A DNA stretch of 64,000 nt from Callorhinchus milii. Its lineage: Eukaryota. Made by a program: the position numbers and the translations under genes. Location: positions 19,346,001 to 19,410,000 of the forward strand of contig NW_024704743.1 of NCBI RefSeq assembly GCF_018977255.1, in the 5' to 3' direction. Of this stretch, positions 28,383 through 40,346 are shown piece after piece. The notes under the pieces were generated by a model. The model did not search any database and had not been told where the DNA came from. It was given only the letters and a program-made list of their open reading frames with translations. Position 1 is the first letter of the stretch. Every line of letters begins with the position of its first letter.

Positions 28383-31300
28383 TTAAGACAGCTGGAGAAG
28401 GTGATATTAATAGAGCATAACAAATAAAATATTCAGAATTCCCTTCAAGCTATTTCAAAGTCATTTTACCCTTCCCGGCATATGTATTCTGGTGGCTACC
28501 ACTTTCATAGCTTTCCTCCAGTGAGCTGCAAAAACTATCCTGGGTTCTCAGTATGATGCAAGTTGCCCTATTTTTAATGGCATTAAACTTTAATTTTTCT
28601 CTTCTGCATGCCCCTAGTTATCAGTTATGCCACTAGACCTATTAAAGCAGGCAGGGGAAGCTCAGTGTAGGTGCTGTGTGAATGCAGCTGAGTCAGGAAT
28701 ATAACTAAAGGAGTGAACGTTGTATTCAGATGCTAAGAGCTCCTGCAATTCCCTGAAAGTCTATTATTGTGAAAGCATTGTGTTCAGTAGAGGTGAAAGA
28801 ATATAGGCCAAATATGCAACAATTGCTATTCTCCTCTATGTCACACAGTAATGATGGATTGGAGATGGAGGAGGGGGAATCCTCCGAGAGAAGCAGAGTC
28901 CCAGTGGGTATCTGGAATTAGTCTGATCATTACTGTGCTTTTAACATGGCTAAACATTCTGAAGGCATTTCAGACAGAAGTTGCAAAGCAGATCCCCCCC
29001 CACCCTCTCCACTTTCTCTCACTTAGCCCATAAAAATTAACTCACCTTGCTGAATTCACGATTAAACCATAATAAATACGCTTCATTATTTCAGGCCCCA
29101 TTGGTCATCATGGGTGAAAGATCTCACTCAGGGTGCCACATTCATGCTCACTACTTCATTGATTCCCTGTGGTGCTGAATGGTTAACAGAGACAGTGGCA
29201 GAGATTGTACCAGCGTCTCAAATGCAATGTATTTTCTATAATTTGCTCTTCGTCTCTTTGTATTGCTGGATTTCACAGGTGCCTTTTAACAAAATGTCAT
29301 TCACGAACCACAGATCTGTTATAACTGGCATTTTACTATCACAGTTTAATTGTGTTGAAATACTCAAGGGATTAAGAAAGTAAAGGTTTCAGGGCTGACC
29401 TTTTTTTTCCTTTAGAGATAAATATAGAACCAAATGAAAACCTGGGTAACTGGGTCACTCTCCTGTTTTCTTTTCACACCACTTTTTTTTTGCTGAGTTT
29501 TGCTGAGGATTCATTCTTTTTAAATGTAAACTCTAATGAAAATTGCGACCATATTTTTTTGAATTACACTTTCAAATAGCTTTCCATCTGATTTCAGCCA
29601 CAAAAGAATAAGTTATGCCCGATTCCTGGCAACAGAACCAGTCGTGCTTAGCGAAAGCTGAAGGGAGGTGTGTCGGAGTTCTTTCTTAGTGAGTTTGTCT
29701 TTTGTGCAGAAAATAGAATGTAAAACCTTTATTAAACCTCTGTGATTTATATTTATTGACACGGGTGAGAATATAAATTAGGTAATTAAAATACAGATCT
29801 ATTTGATGCCAGTGACGCAATATTGCGTGGTTGCATTTAAAGAAGTCATGCTTTACCTTTGTTCTACTGCTTCAGGTATTCTATTGAATTCACTCAGGTC
29901 TACTGATGTCTGCAGAATAAACTACCTCTATGCAGAGGTATGTAAAGTAATTCATTTGGCATTTGCAGTAAAAAAAAGTTCTCTTGTGTATCAATTATTT
30001 TTTGAGACTTTCGTATAATAATCCATACCCTGCGAGAAAATAGGTTGAACATTATTAATGTCTCGTGTAGGAGCACTCAAGCAAGATCATTAGGGGAAAG
30101 CTGAATGGTACAAGGAGAAGAGAGGCTGTCTCCCCGTCAGTTCACTCAGAAACAAACTTGGATCTGATAGAAGGATTTAGCTTTACACTCCTGAGATATA
30201 TAAAATAGTTAACGTTAAAGATAGGTGAGCCCAGAGTTTTAATCCAAAGCAAGCCAGGACAGGTGGGCCAAAGGCAAATTCACAGTGTTTAGGAAACTCT
30301 TCTCAGGAAGGTAAAATAAGCAAAACAAAATAAGGGTTATTCTAAATGCACATGCAACAACAACTTGCATTTATATGGCACGCTTCATGTGGGATAACAT
30401 CTCAGAATGTGACAGGCAGACTTGGATGGCAAGCTGGGGAGCGGGGGGAGCGGGGAGGCTGACCACAAATACGGTGGAAGAAGAAGGTTTTAAGTTGCGG
30501 TTTGAAGATAACAACAACAACTTGCACTTATTTAGCGCCCTCCACGTAGGGTAGCGTCTCAAAGTGTTTAACAGTGGCGAAGCCGGACTCCGAGCCGGAA
30601 TGGAGCAGGCGGGGGAGGTGGCCGTAAGCACTTCGAATGGGAAGGTTTTCAGGCGGGACTTGAAAAGGGACTATATTATATCTCAGATAGATATAGAGGG
30701 AGTGAGATGGAGAGGAAAGAAGCAGGGATTTCCGGAAGTTAGGGGTGGCAGAGAGGGTTGAGGGGACCCACAGTAGGAAGAGGGGGCTGGGAGAGATGAT
30801 ATATGGATCATACAATGGGAGAATAATTTAACAACTTGATGAAGATCAACCGGAAGAATGGCCTTGACTCATCCGCGACTATGTTCTGATGAAATGTATC
30901 ATGAATTTACCCTTAGAGATAGATTTAAACATGTGTCTTTGACTATCTCTTTACTCCTGAGAGAAAAAAATAACCTGGGGCTGTTCTCTTAAACGGCTCC
31001 AATTCCCAGAAACTTTGTTTTCTAGTTTTTAGTTTTTCTAAGCACCGGCTCTCCTTCCCGCAAGCTATGTGCTTCCCAGTCCCTCTTCATGCAAGAACAT
31101 GTAGTGAGAGGCATCGCTGCTGCCTACACACCCTCACTCACACCAGTGAAGTAGAAAGTATCCTTCACTGAGGATGCCCTGTTTTTCTAATGCAGCACTG
31201 ATCTAGTTAGGCAGCATCAGTGTCTTGCCAAGTAAGTCAGGAATGCTTGCTCCTGTGTGAGTCCACTGCAGATCCACAGCAGCTACATCACTTAACATGC

Positions 31301-31694
31301 AGTGCAGCACACCAATGATCTGGTGCCTCGATGCTAAGGGTGACATGAGATCATTTACAAACTTAGGAAAATATACAGTTGACTGGAATAAAAAGAAAAT
31401 GGTTTGCAAGTTGATCAGCATCTGAAAGCTTTCAGAACTGATCGACGTGGTCTCCATTTCCAGTGTTTTCTAGTTTTATTTCAAATTCCCAGCATCTTTT
31501 CTTTATTACAGCGTCAGTGTGTATATCTGTTCAACCAGATTCTTTTCAACTCAGCTCTTATGAAAATATGAAAGGAATGCTTCTTTTAAACATTCAAATG
31601 AGTAAAATGTATGAAATGTTAATCAATTAACAACAGTGGCGCTAATTAGCACTTTGTTGAAACAAGTTACCAGTCTAAAACATTCCTATATTTT

Positions 31695-32380
31695 TTATGG
31701 TCAGACGAGTGTCTCACACATATGGAAACCCATCGCCATGCTTAGGAGTATCCAAACCCGACTGAGAGTTCCACATATGTATGTCACCTACACGTGGAAA
31801 TTTCCCTGTGTCTGGAATGGAATGCACACTCTCCCTGAAGGGACAGATCTTGGTTCACCTAGTTTCTGTAATAATATAACAATATAATCATAATCCTTGC
31901 ATTTGATATAGTGCCTTATCACATCTTCGAGATGTCTCAAAGCTCTTCACAGAATATACCGTAAAGTAAATTGACTGTATATTTTGTGGGTGAAACGCAG
32001 CAGCCAATTGCACACAGGAGTGTCCCACAAACAGTCGTGGAATGAGTGACCAAATTATTATTTGATTTTATTTATTTTGAAGGGATTATTACCCCCAGAA
32101 AAGTGATCTGCTAATTAATTAAAAATCAAGTTCTTACTTACTGCTAGGTAAACAGTGTTGTTTGTAGTAAGGAAACCTGCCTAATGTTTTGCCCTGCCGG
32201 GAATCGACCCCAGATCCTCTCGCTTGCGAGGCGAGTGTAGAGTATTAGGTACAGCTTGGTGAGACCCAAGGCTTGGGGATCCCAGAGAATTTATTTGGGT
32301 TACTGCTGGAGTTCAACCAGCTAAAACTAACAGTTGACTGGTGATTTCTTCTGGCAACAATAAGTACTTTGAGAGCAGCA
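31695..32380 (-). mobile_element. CCHC-LINE family 3' end, interrupted by a tRNA-SINE (~31885-32238)
   Basis: 'tggtcagacgagtgtctcacacatatggaaacccatcgccatgctt' terminus; homology to the 47095-47960 copy resumes after the SINE. Confidence 0.65.
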
Positions 32381-34331
32381 TTTTGATGGGAATTCTAACA
32401 GTATTCCTTATTAAGTAATCCTGTTCTGGGATTATACTGCAAATTAGACCCCTCGAGATGATTAATATTCAACCTAACATTCACCCACAAAATATTCACT
32501 GTCATATCGCTTTACAGTATACCCTATTAGGTGCTTTGAGACATCTTGCTGGCATGATAAGGCGCTATACCAAATCCAAGGATTATTATTGTTGTCATCT
32601 AACTGATAAGAATTCTATTGATAGAATATTATACATGTTAAGGCTTGGCATCTGTAATTGGCTTTAAAGTCAAGAATAATAATAATCTAAAGATCCCAAT
32701 GGCTTCCAAATGAATGTTGAGTCATTGTCTTGTCATTGTTTATCAGATTCGGCAGGTTCAATTTGAAGGAGCCAGAATTTACTTGTGTTTGATATGATCT
32801 GCTCAAACTGCCTTAGAGGCCTTGTTATTTTTCACTGTGAGCCCTTAAAAGAGCTGACAAGGTGAAAATTAAAACAGGTTTCAAAAAGAGGTCACAGTCA
32901 AAACAAATATTTTGAAACGACTGAAACGAGCATTTGGGATGAGGGTTTCATTTTAAAACTTAGCTGCTATAAATCTCTTGTTTACGCCCAAAAAGACAAA
33001 TCTATAAATTTCCTGAGAAAATTTAAACCCAATGTTTATAAAATTGGAATTTGGGGTCTAAAACACGAGACTGCACTTCTAACAGGAGCTGTAAACAGCG
33101 ATTCTGAATTGTGTGTCCAGCAAGACCTCAAGCCCTGTATACTGTACATCGTCAGCACAGTTCCTTCTGTGTTAGTGTGTCCCATTTCTGCTTAACAGTA
33201 AGGGGTGCTGTTTGTAATTTTTGTGAGTATCACGTTTTAGACTCACCTGATCAGTTAAACAGTAAAATAACTAATTAGAAACTAGCTGCCTTTTTTTTAT
33301 AAATCTTTTTAGTGTCATTGTTTTGCCTACAAAATACAAGTGCTCCGAACGTGAAAAATATGGGGTGAATTGACACACCTGGGTCTAGATTTTGTACTCC
33401 TTTAAAAAAATCTTGAATTTGAAAAATTGTTGGTTTTATGTAAGATCTTAAATATACAGAATTAAAAATTAAGGAAAGAATTTACCGAAACCTGAACTTT
33501 CTAAAATGCTACGCAAATACAATAAATCTCTACCCAGATGGAATGTCACTTCCAATGGATCAGGAGAGATGCAGTTTTGCAGCATTGTGTTATTTGCCTC
33601 TGCACCCCACTCTGCTTCCACCACCAGCTTGGATGCCAAGCCAGGATTGCTAAGCGCCTTGGGATGTCCTCCTGGCATGAAAAGCACCATATAAATGTAA
33701 ATTTGTAATGTACTGTACTCACAAGGCACACATTCATGCTGGCTTACAGTTCCATAGGCATCACTAACTAGTCTGCCTCTCGTCACTGTTCTTTATGTGT
33801 GATATATGGCAACAAAGCTATTCAAAAAAAAACTGGATCTGGGGCCCAGCTTGTGATACCCTCAAATGGAATTTGAAGTACTAATTTATAGTAAATAATA
33901 ATATCCCTATTATTATTAATAATTATTATTATAATCCTTGCATTTTATATAGTGTACCTTATCACATTTCCGTGATAACGCGCTTCACAGGATATTGTGT
34001 GAAGTGATGTGACTGTATGTATTTTGTGGGTGAACACGGCAGTCAATAATAATAATCCTTGTATTTGGTATAGAGTCTTATCATGAGACGTCTCAAAGCA
34101 CTTCACAGGATATACTGTATAGCGAATTGACTGTATATTTTGTGGGAGAACATGGTAGCCAATTGCGTACAGCAATGTCTCCATAAACAGCCATGGAGTG
34201 AGTGACCTAATTTATTCGGGAAGTGGTGGCCTTACATTTGATTTAGTGCTTTATCATGACGAAAATAGTTCTTGTTTTATATAGAAGGAGAGGCTGTAAA
34301 TAATAATCCTTGCATTTGATATAGGGCCTTA

Positions 34332-34651
34332 TAATAATAATAATAATAATTCTTGCATTTGATATAGCGCTTTTCACGTCAGGAGGACGTCCCAAAGCGC
34401 TTCACAGAACACACTGTAAAGTGAATTGACTGTATATTTGTGGGCGAACGCGGCAGCCAATTGCGCACAGCAATGTCCCACAAACAGTCGTAGATTGAAA
34501 ATGACCAATTTATTATTGTTTTTGGTTTTGGAGGGATTATTATTAGGCGTGTGGAGTAAGGAAACTTGCCCAAGGTTTCGCCCTGCCTGGAATTGAACTC
34601 AGGTCTCTCACTTGCAAAGCGAGTGCTCTAACCACTGAGCTACAGGACTCC
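34332..34651 (-). mobile_element. Young tRNA(Ala)-derived SINE nested in an older SINE tail
   Basis: Near-identical to 13971-14303; older SINE tail on both sides (34300-34331 and 34652-34785). Confidence 0.85.
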
Positions 34652-35706
34652 ATTGTTGAGACATCTCAGAGCATACTGTAAAATGAATTGACTGTATATT
34701 TTGTGGGCGAAACGTGGCAGCCAATTGTGCACAACAGTGTCCAACAAATAGACATGGATTGAGTGATCAAATTATTCTTATTATTTATTACGTTATTAAA
34801 TGTGGCTGGACTATGATAGAAACTCAGAACAGGAACATTTGACTTTAATGTCATGGTTCCACTCTCAATCATCCACATTGTGGTGATGATGCAAACCCAC
34901 TGCTGGTTCATCTACAGACACAACGGTTTTAATCTAAAATGAGCAGTTTCCTGCCAATGTTCTGCCAAATATTGTATTGATTTTTTTATCTAATAAACTT
35001 TTCTTTCAAATCAAATTGCCACAAACCCTCTCGCTGGGTGAAAATTGGAAAAACCTTCTTTTGCAAATCAAAATTATTTTGTTTCACAACTGAATCCTTC
35101 AACCCACCCATCTCCCCTTCACCATGCCTGTCCTGCCTTTCTTAATTTGTCTTCTCATCAAGGAAAGGGGAAGAGTAGTTAGAGAGGCTGTCGCTGAACT
35201 AAGTACAATTGGAAAAAGGGTCTGAGTGGGGAGTGTGAGTCCCAGTTCTCAGTCTTCGCACACGGAAATTGGTGGTCAGAATGGGAGACAGTAAGAATTA
35301 ATTTATCAGATTGTCATAGACAATTGAGAGGGGACCTGATAGACTGAATGGGCCAAATGGCCTAATTCTGTGTTGTATAGTATATGTAAATCTTTGTAAA
35401 TTGATGATAGGTGAACTTTGATAGCCTATTGTTGGCGAGTCCAAAACTAGAGGCATTAACATATGATACCCAGTGGTAGATCTAAAGAGAGTTTAGGAGG
35501 TACTTCTAAAATAATGAAAGACAAATGCTTTCTGAGAATATTTAGCTTCATAGCACATTCTCTTGTATTTCTCAGTATGTTTTATCCCACTAATTTTGTG
35601 TCTTACTGATTATTTTTGGTCAGTCGGGTGTCTGACACATTTGGAAACCCATCACCATGCTTAAGAGTAACCAAACTGAGGCAAACGTGGGTTTGAGCCC
35701 TCACTA

Positions 35707-36129
35707 CAACAACAACAACAACAACAAGATTCCATTTATAAAGCGCCTTTCACGTCAGGAGGACGTCCCAAGGCGCTGCACAGTTGGGTCATGACCCGAG
35801 CAGGGGGGAAATGGTCAGGGTGAGGGGAGGGGAGGGAACGAGGAGGGGGGAAATGGTCAGGGTGAGGGGAGGGATGGGAGAGAGCGAGAAGGGGGAAGAG
35901 AGTCGAGAGGGGAGCTGAAGGCTCGGTCAAAGAGAAAGGTTTTGAGACCGGCCTTGAAGGAGGAGAGGGAGGAAGCAAGGCGAAGGCACTGGGGGATAGA
36001 GTTCCAGAGCCTCGGGGCTGAGAGGCTGAAGGCCCGACCACCAATGGTAGGGCGATTGGGGCGGGGGACGTGGAGCAGACCGGAGCCGGAGGAACGGAGG
36101 GTATGGGCAGGTAGGTAGGGGGATAGTAG
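35707..36129 (-). mobile_element. Young 5'-truncated L2 LINE
   Basis: (CAA)n tail; near-identical reverse complement of ~10810-11221. Confidence 0.85.
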
Positions 36130-36194
36130 ATGGATGACAAGTACCAGAAATTCCCTGTGAGCTTCTTTTACTAAAAGTGACTCATAATAATCCT

Positions 36195-36560
36195 ATAATG
36201 ATAAACCTTGGATTTGATACAGCACCTTATCACATCTTCAAGACACTCAAAGTTCTTCACAGAAAGTAAATTGACTATATTTTGTGGGCAAAATGCGGCA
36301 GCCAATTCCACACAGCCGCTTCCCACAAACAGCCATGAATTGAGTGACAAATTCTTCTTTTTTGAAAAATACTTGAAGGGATTATTACCCTTGGAAAAGC
36401 AATCCGCCAATTGACTAACAATCAGGTTCCTACTTGCTGCTAGGTAAACAGAGGCATGTGGAGTAAGGAAACTTGTCTAACATTTTGCCCTACTTAGGAA
36501 TCAAACCCAGGTCCTTTCACTTGCGAAGCGAGTGCTTTAACCACTAATTGACAGGACTCA
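36195..36560 (-). mobile_element. tRNA(Ala)-derived SINE
   Basis: Same head, body and tail as other family members. Confidence 0.75.
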
Positions 36561-36974
36561 TGATGAGATAAAGTTTCCTGCAAGAATGCCTTATCCGAGT
36601 AGTCACTACATATTTAAAGTGAGCAGCTAGTGTTGATAGAATGATCATTGCAGCCAGGCCCAGGCTTTCATCAGTCACTATCACCAAATGTACACAGGGA
36701 CTTTACAGGATAACAAGCATCTGTGGCCTTGATGTATTAACACAATCACCAAAGGTTACGACAAAACTTGAAACCTCACTGCTGTGTGAAACTCAGAAGT
36801 AGCTCCTATGGTATATGTGCATTGCATGGAATTTGACAACTTAGTTTAGCTGATAACATTCTTGCCTCTTCAGAAGATTGCATATTTGAGCCTCAAATCA
36901 GCACTTAATTTTATAATCTAGGCTGGCACTTCAATGTAGCCCTGGAAGATGTTGGTTAAATGTTGAACTTTAAA

Positions 36975-37370
36975 TAATCCTTTGATTTGGTATAGCGCCT
37001 CATCACATTGTCATTTATATACATTTATAGTGTGAATTAGAGCGAAGCACAGCAGCCAATTTGAGCGCAGCCATGTCCCACAAACTGCTATGGAGTGAGT
37101 GACCAATTCTTTGTGTGGGATGTGTTGGCCAGGATACTGGGAGAAACCCCCTTCACTTTTCGAATAGTGCAATTGGATCTTTAACACCCAACTGAATAGG
37201 CAGCCAGGACCTCGATTTAATGTCTCATCCAAAGGACGGCACCTCCGGCAATCCAACACCCCCCCTGCACTGTATCGGAGTGTCAGCTTAGACTATGTGA
37301 TTCCAAGTCCTGACGTGGGGCTTGAACCCACAACCTTCTGACTCAGAGGCGAGAGTGCTACCACTGCGTC
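36975..37370 (-). mobile_element. Deu-domain tRNA-derived SINE (well preserved)
   Basis: Minus strand 'gtggtagcactctcgcctctgagtcagaaggttgtgggttcaagcccc...ggaggtgccgtcctttggatgagacattaaatcgaggtcc...ttaaagatcc...gcactattcg' is the DeuSINE-type core. Confidence 0.8.
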
Positions 37371-38254
37371 AGAATGAGTCACATGAATGAGTCATGAAGG
37401 ACAGCACCTGGAACAATCCAGCACCCCTTCAACATTGCATTGGGTTAAATTTAAACCCAATACATAATAATAGTCATTACAATAACTTATTGTAGGAAGT
37501 TCTTTATAACATTTCAATGCGATAAATCACTTGATCAAACATAAGAATTAATTTTATTATTATGTCTGCCCACTGAATAAACCAAGTACTGCGTGCGTTA
37601 TTTCTGTACGTTTTAACAATCCCTTCTCTTTGCTCAGATACACTCATTAAAAAAAATATAGTTAAATTCTGCCATTATGCATTTTCCTGACAAATACATT
37701 TGCAAGCTCTGTTACTCTAACTCCAGATTTGCTCAGGCTAGACTGCAAATGCGTGCACCATTAGAAATTCATCAAAAGTGATTCGATTTAGGTCTAGAAA
37801 AGGTGCCATAAAAATGTTTGAGGACAAGCTATTGAAGAGACTACATTTTTTCAATGTGACATTCAAGGTTAAAATATCCATTGGGATGAACAAGTGTGTA
37901 TAACCTACGGTTCATGCATTTCGATCTGGAATCAATAAGATGTTTGCGAAAAAGGAAGCAGACCGGCAATGAGTTACAGTATAATAGTTCAACTGAGCAA
38001 TGCTGATGGCATCAAAAACATGACTGTTGGCAGTCTAAAATTGAATTTATGCATTATTCTCATAGCCAGATATTTCCATATTAATGTGCAAGAAATGGTT
38101 TATTTTTTAAATAAGATTTGTTTTCCTTTTTGCATGAAGTTGAGTGAAGGAGTCAATATTTATAGATTAAAAAATAGTGTCAACATACATAATATTTTGA
38201 GCAGAAAGGTTCAAGGTTTTTTGGTCTGTGCTGAATTTAGTTCCGCAGGCACAG

Positions 38255-38850
38255 TACAACAACTTGCATTTATATAGCACCCTTCACTCGGAGTAGCATC
38301 CTGGAGCGCTTCACAGTGGCGGAGTCAGACAATGAGCCATGGGGAGAGGAGGGTGAAGGTTACCATAAGTACGATCAAAAAGGAAGGTCTTTAGGTGGGA
38401 ATTGGAGGTGGGGAGTGAGGGGCCAAGGCAGAGGGATTGAGGCAGAGAGTTCCAGAATTTTGGGGCATGGTGGTTGTGCCTTCAGCCACAGCCACCGATG
38501 GTGGAATGGGGAGGCGCAAGGGACAAATTGGATGCCGGAGCCAGCAGAACAGAGGCAGCGAATGATGGAGTGGGGGGTAAACAGGTCAGATAGGGAGGGA
38601 AGTGCGAGGGAATTAAGTGATTTGAAAAAGAGTGAGAGGAATGTGAAATCGATCCATTCAGTGACTGGGAGCCAGTGGAGCCTGGCAAGGATTGGTGTGA
38701 TGGGGGTATGGAGTTTGGTACGGGTGAGTATCCTTGTGACAGAGTTTGGGATTAATTGAATTTTGGGTATGGTGGAACTGAGGAGACCAGCGAGGAGGGC
38801 ATTGGAATATTCCAGTTGGGAAGTGACGAAGGCGTAGATGAGGGCTTCAG
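38255..38850 (-). mobile_element. L2 ORF2 3' fragment
   Basis: Minus strand '...PILARLHWLPV...' L2 motif; CAA tail at ~38257. Confidence 0.7.
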
Positions 38851-39176
38851 GGTGTATAATGGTAGTTATACGTATTATACCAGAAAGTGTTCCTTTACCC
38901 AGAGAGTAATCAACAACTGGAACTTGTTACCAGGAAAGATGCTTGAGGCCAGGACATGGGATTCATTTAAAAAGTAGCTGGATACTGTGATGGGAGATGG
39001 CAGAGTGGGTATTCTAGAAAGATGAGATCAAAGGGACAGAAGAGCCTTCTTCCTCCAAATTATTCTTGAGACCTTGTGTGTTAAGGAGGCAAAATCAACC
39101 AAGGGTTCCCATTTCTAGTTACTTTTGGCTGATGCCCTATTGGAAAACACTTGCGCATAAATGTTAGAAGATTAAG

Positions 39177-39890
39177 GATTTACTGTGATGTTCTTGGTCC
39201 CTCCCTCTAGCTCCTCTTCATTGGTCTTGTGGCTTCATGGCTTTCACTCTCTGAGTTCAAGTATAGATTCATTCATATGTCTCCAATTCATTTACACTGC
39301 CTTCCCTCTCATTTTCACCCACAAAATAAACACAGCCAATTCACTTTATAGTATATTCTGTCAAGTGCTTTGAGACATCTGGAAGACGTGATAAGGCACT
39401 ATATCAAATGCAAGAATTATTATTATTAAAACTGGCCACAGGAGCTGAACAGAGCAGGGAGCTCAATTGTTTCCAAGTCAAAAAAATTAAAGATTTGGAA
39501 AGCTGAATCTTCTTCAGTTCTGAGCCACAGAACCATGAGCTTATGTATTGTTCTGTCTGATACCTTTTTATGCCTGCAAGTCAAAAGTGCTGTGAATAGA
39601 GTGCTGCTCATTGCACCAATTCAATGGAGCATCAATATGTTGATCAGCCTCCGAGTTACAGGCACTTTACTGGAAATGCAGAACTCCTGTATGATAACAC
39701 CACAAGCGAACAGTAAATCGTTGTAAAATCGACCATTCTATTATTGGAGACAATGCTAGTACGGCTTTGGTACTGGTCGGTGTCAGTTTCTTTACAGCAA
39801 ACACAGGTTCCTAGTTGTAAGTGTCTGTTGGTCAATGCAATGTAGAATGGAAGCTTTGTAACAATATTCATTGTGAATTACTCCAGAAAT
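39177..39890 (-). repeat. Inverted duplication, arm B
   Basis: Reverse complement of 20252-20865, with an internal SINE-tail fragment at ~39310-39427. Confidence 0.9.
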
Positions 39891-40090
39891 TCCACCTGGT
39901 CTTAGTCTGTAATCTTAATGTTATTTTAAATTTAAGATCATGCAATTAAATTCAGTCTTAATTTGGAAGCCAGGTCTTTTTTAAGAACTACACTAAAGCT
40001 GTTCGCAAATTAAGACTGAATTTAAAAAATTCCACAATTCTGCATGATCTTACATTTTATAACAAAATGGTCAGACAAAGTGTAATTTTG
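39883..40090. mobile_element. Palindromic MITE (same family as 22238-22477)
   Basis: Starts ccagAAATTCCACC; perfect 20-bp inverted arms at 39946-39965 and 40006-40025. Confidence 0.65.
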
Positions 40091-40165
40091 AATGCATAGA
40101 ATCCAGTTCTACTATGTTTTCCAATATAGTGTATCATAAATATATTTTTCGTTTACTTTGTACAG

Positions 40166-40346
40166 ACTGACAGGTATCTTTACAAAGTATGGAGTGGAAT
40201 TGGGAGCCAGGGCGATGTGTGGAACAAGGCCTATGTACCACTGAAAAAGTTGCGGAATTTTGAAATTATATTCGAAGGAATTCGAACCCATGATTTTGGT
40301 GGTGGAGCAGCTATCGATGACATTCAGTTTACAAACTGTACCTCAG
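40166..40346 (+). CDS. MALRD1: MALRD1 internal exon (window exon 3): MAM domain C-terminal part
   Basis: Acceptor tttactttgtacAG (40164-40165), donor AG|GTctgt at 40347; phase 0-1, 181 nt. TDRYLYKVWSGIGSQGDVWNKAYVPLKKLRNFEIIFEGIRTHDFGGGAAIDDIQFTNCTS carries the MAM 'FxIxFEG...AIDDI' signature. This frame is missed by the ORF track. Confidence 0.93.

Noticed and set aside
20252..39890. Single 19.6 kb DNA transposon with long TIRs
   Set aside because: No TSD at the outer ends and no transposase, integrase or polymerase ORF inside; kept only as an inverted duplication.
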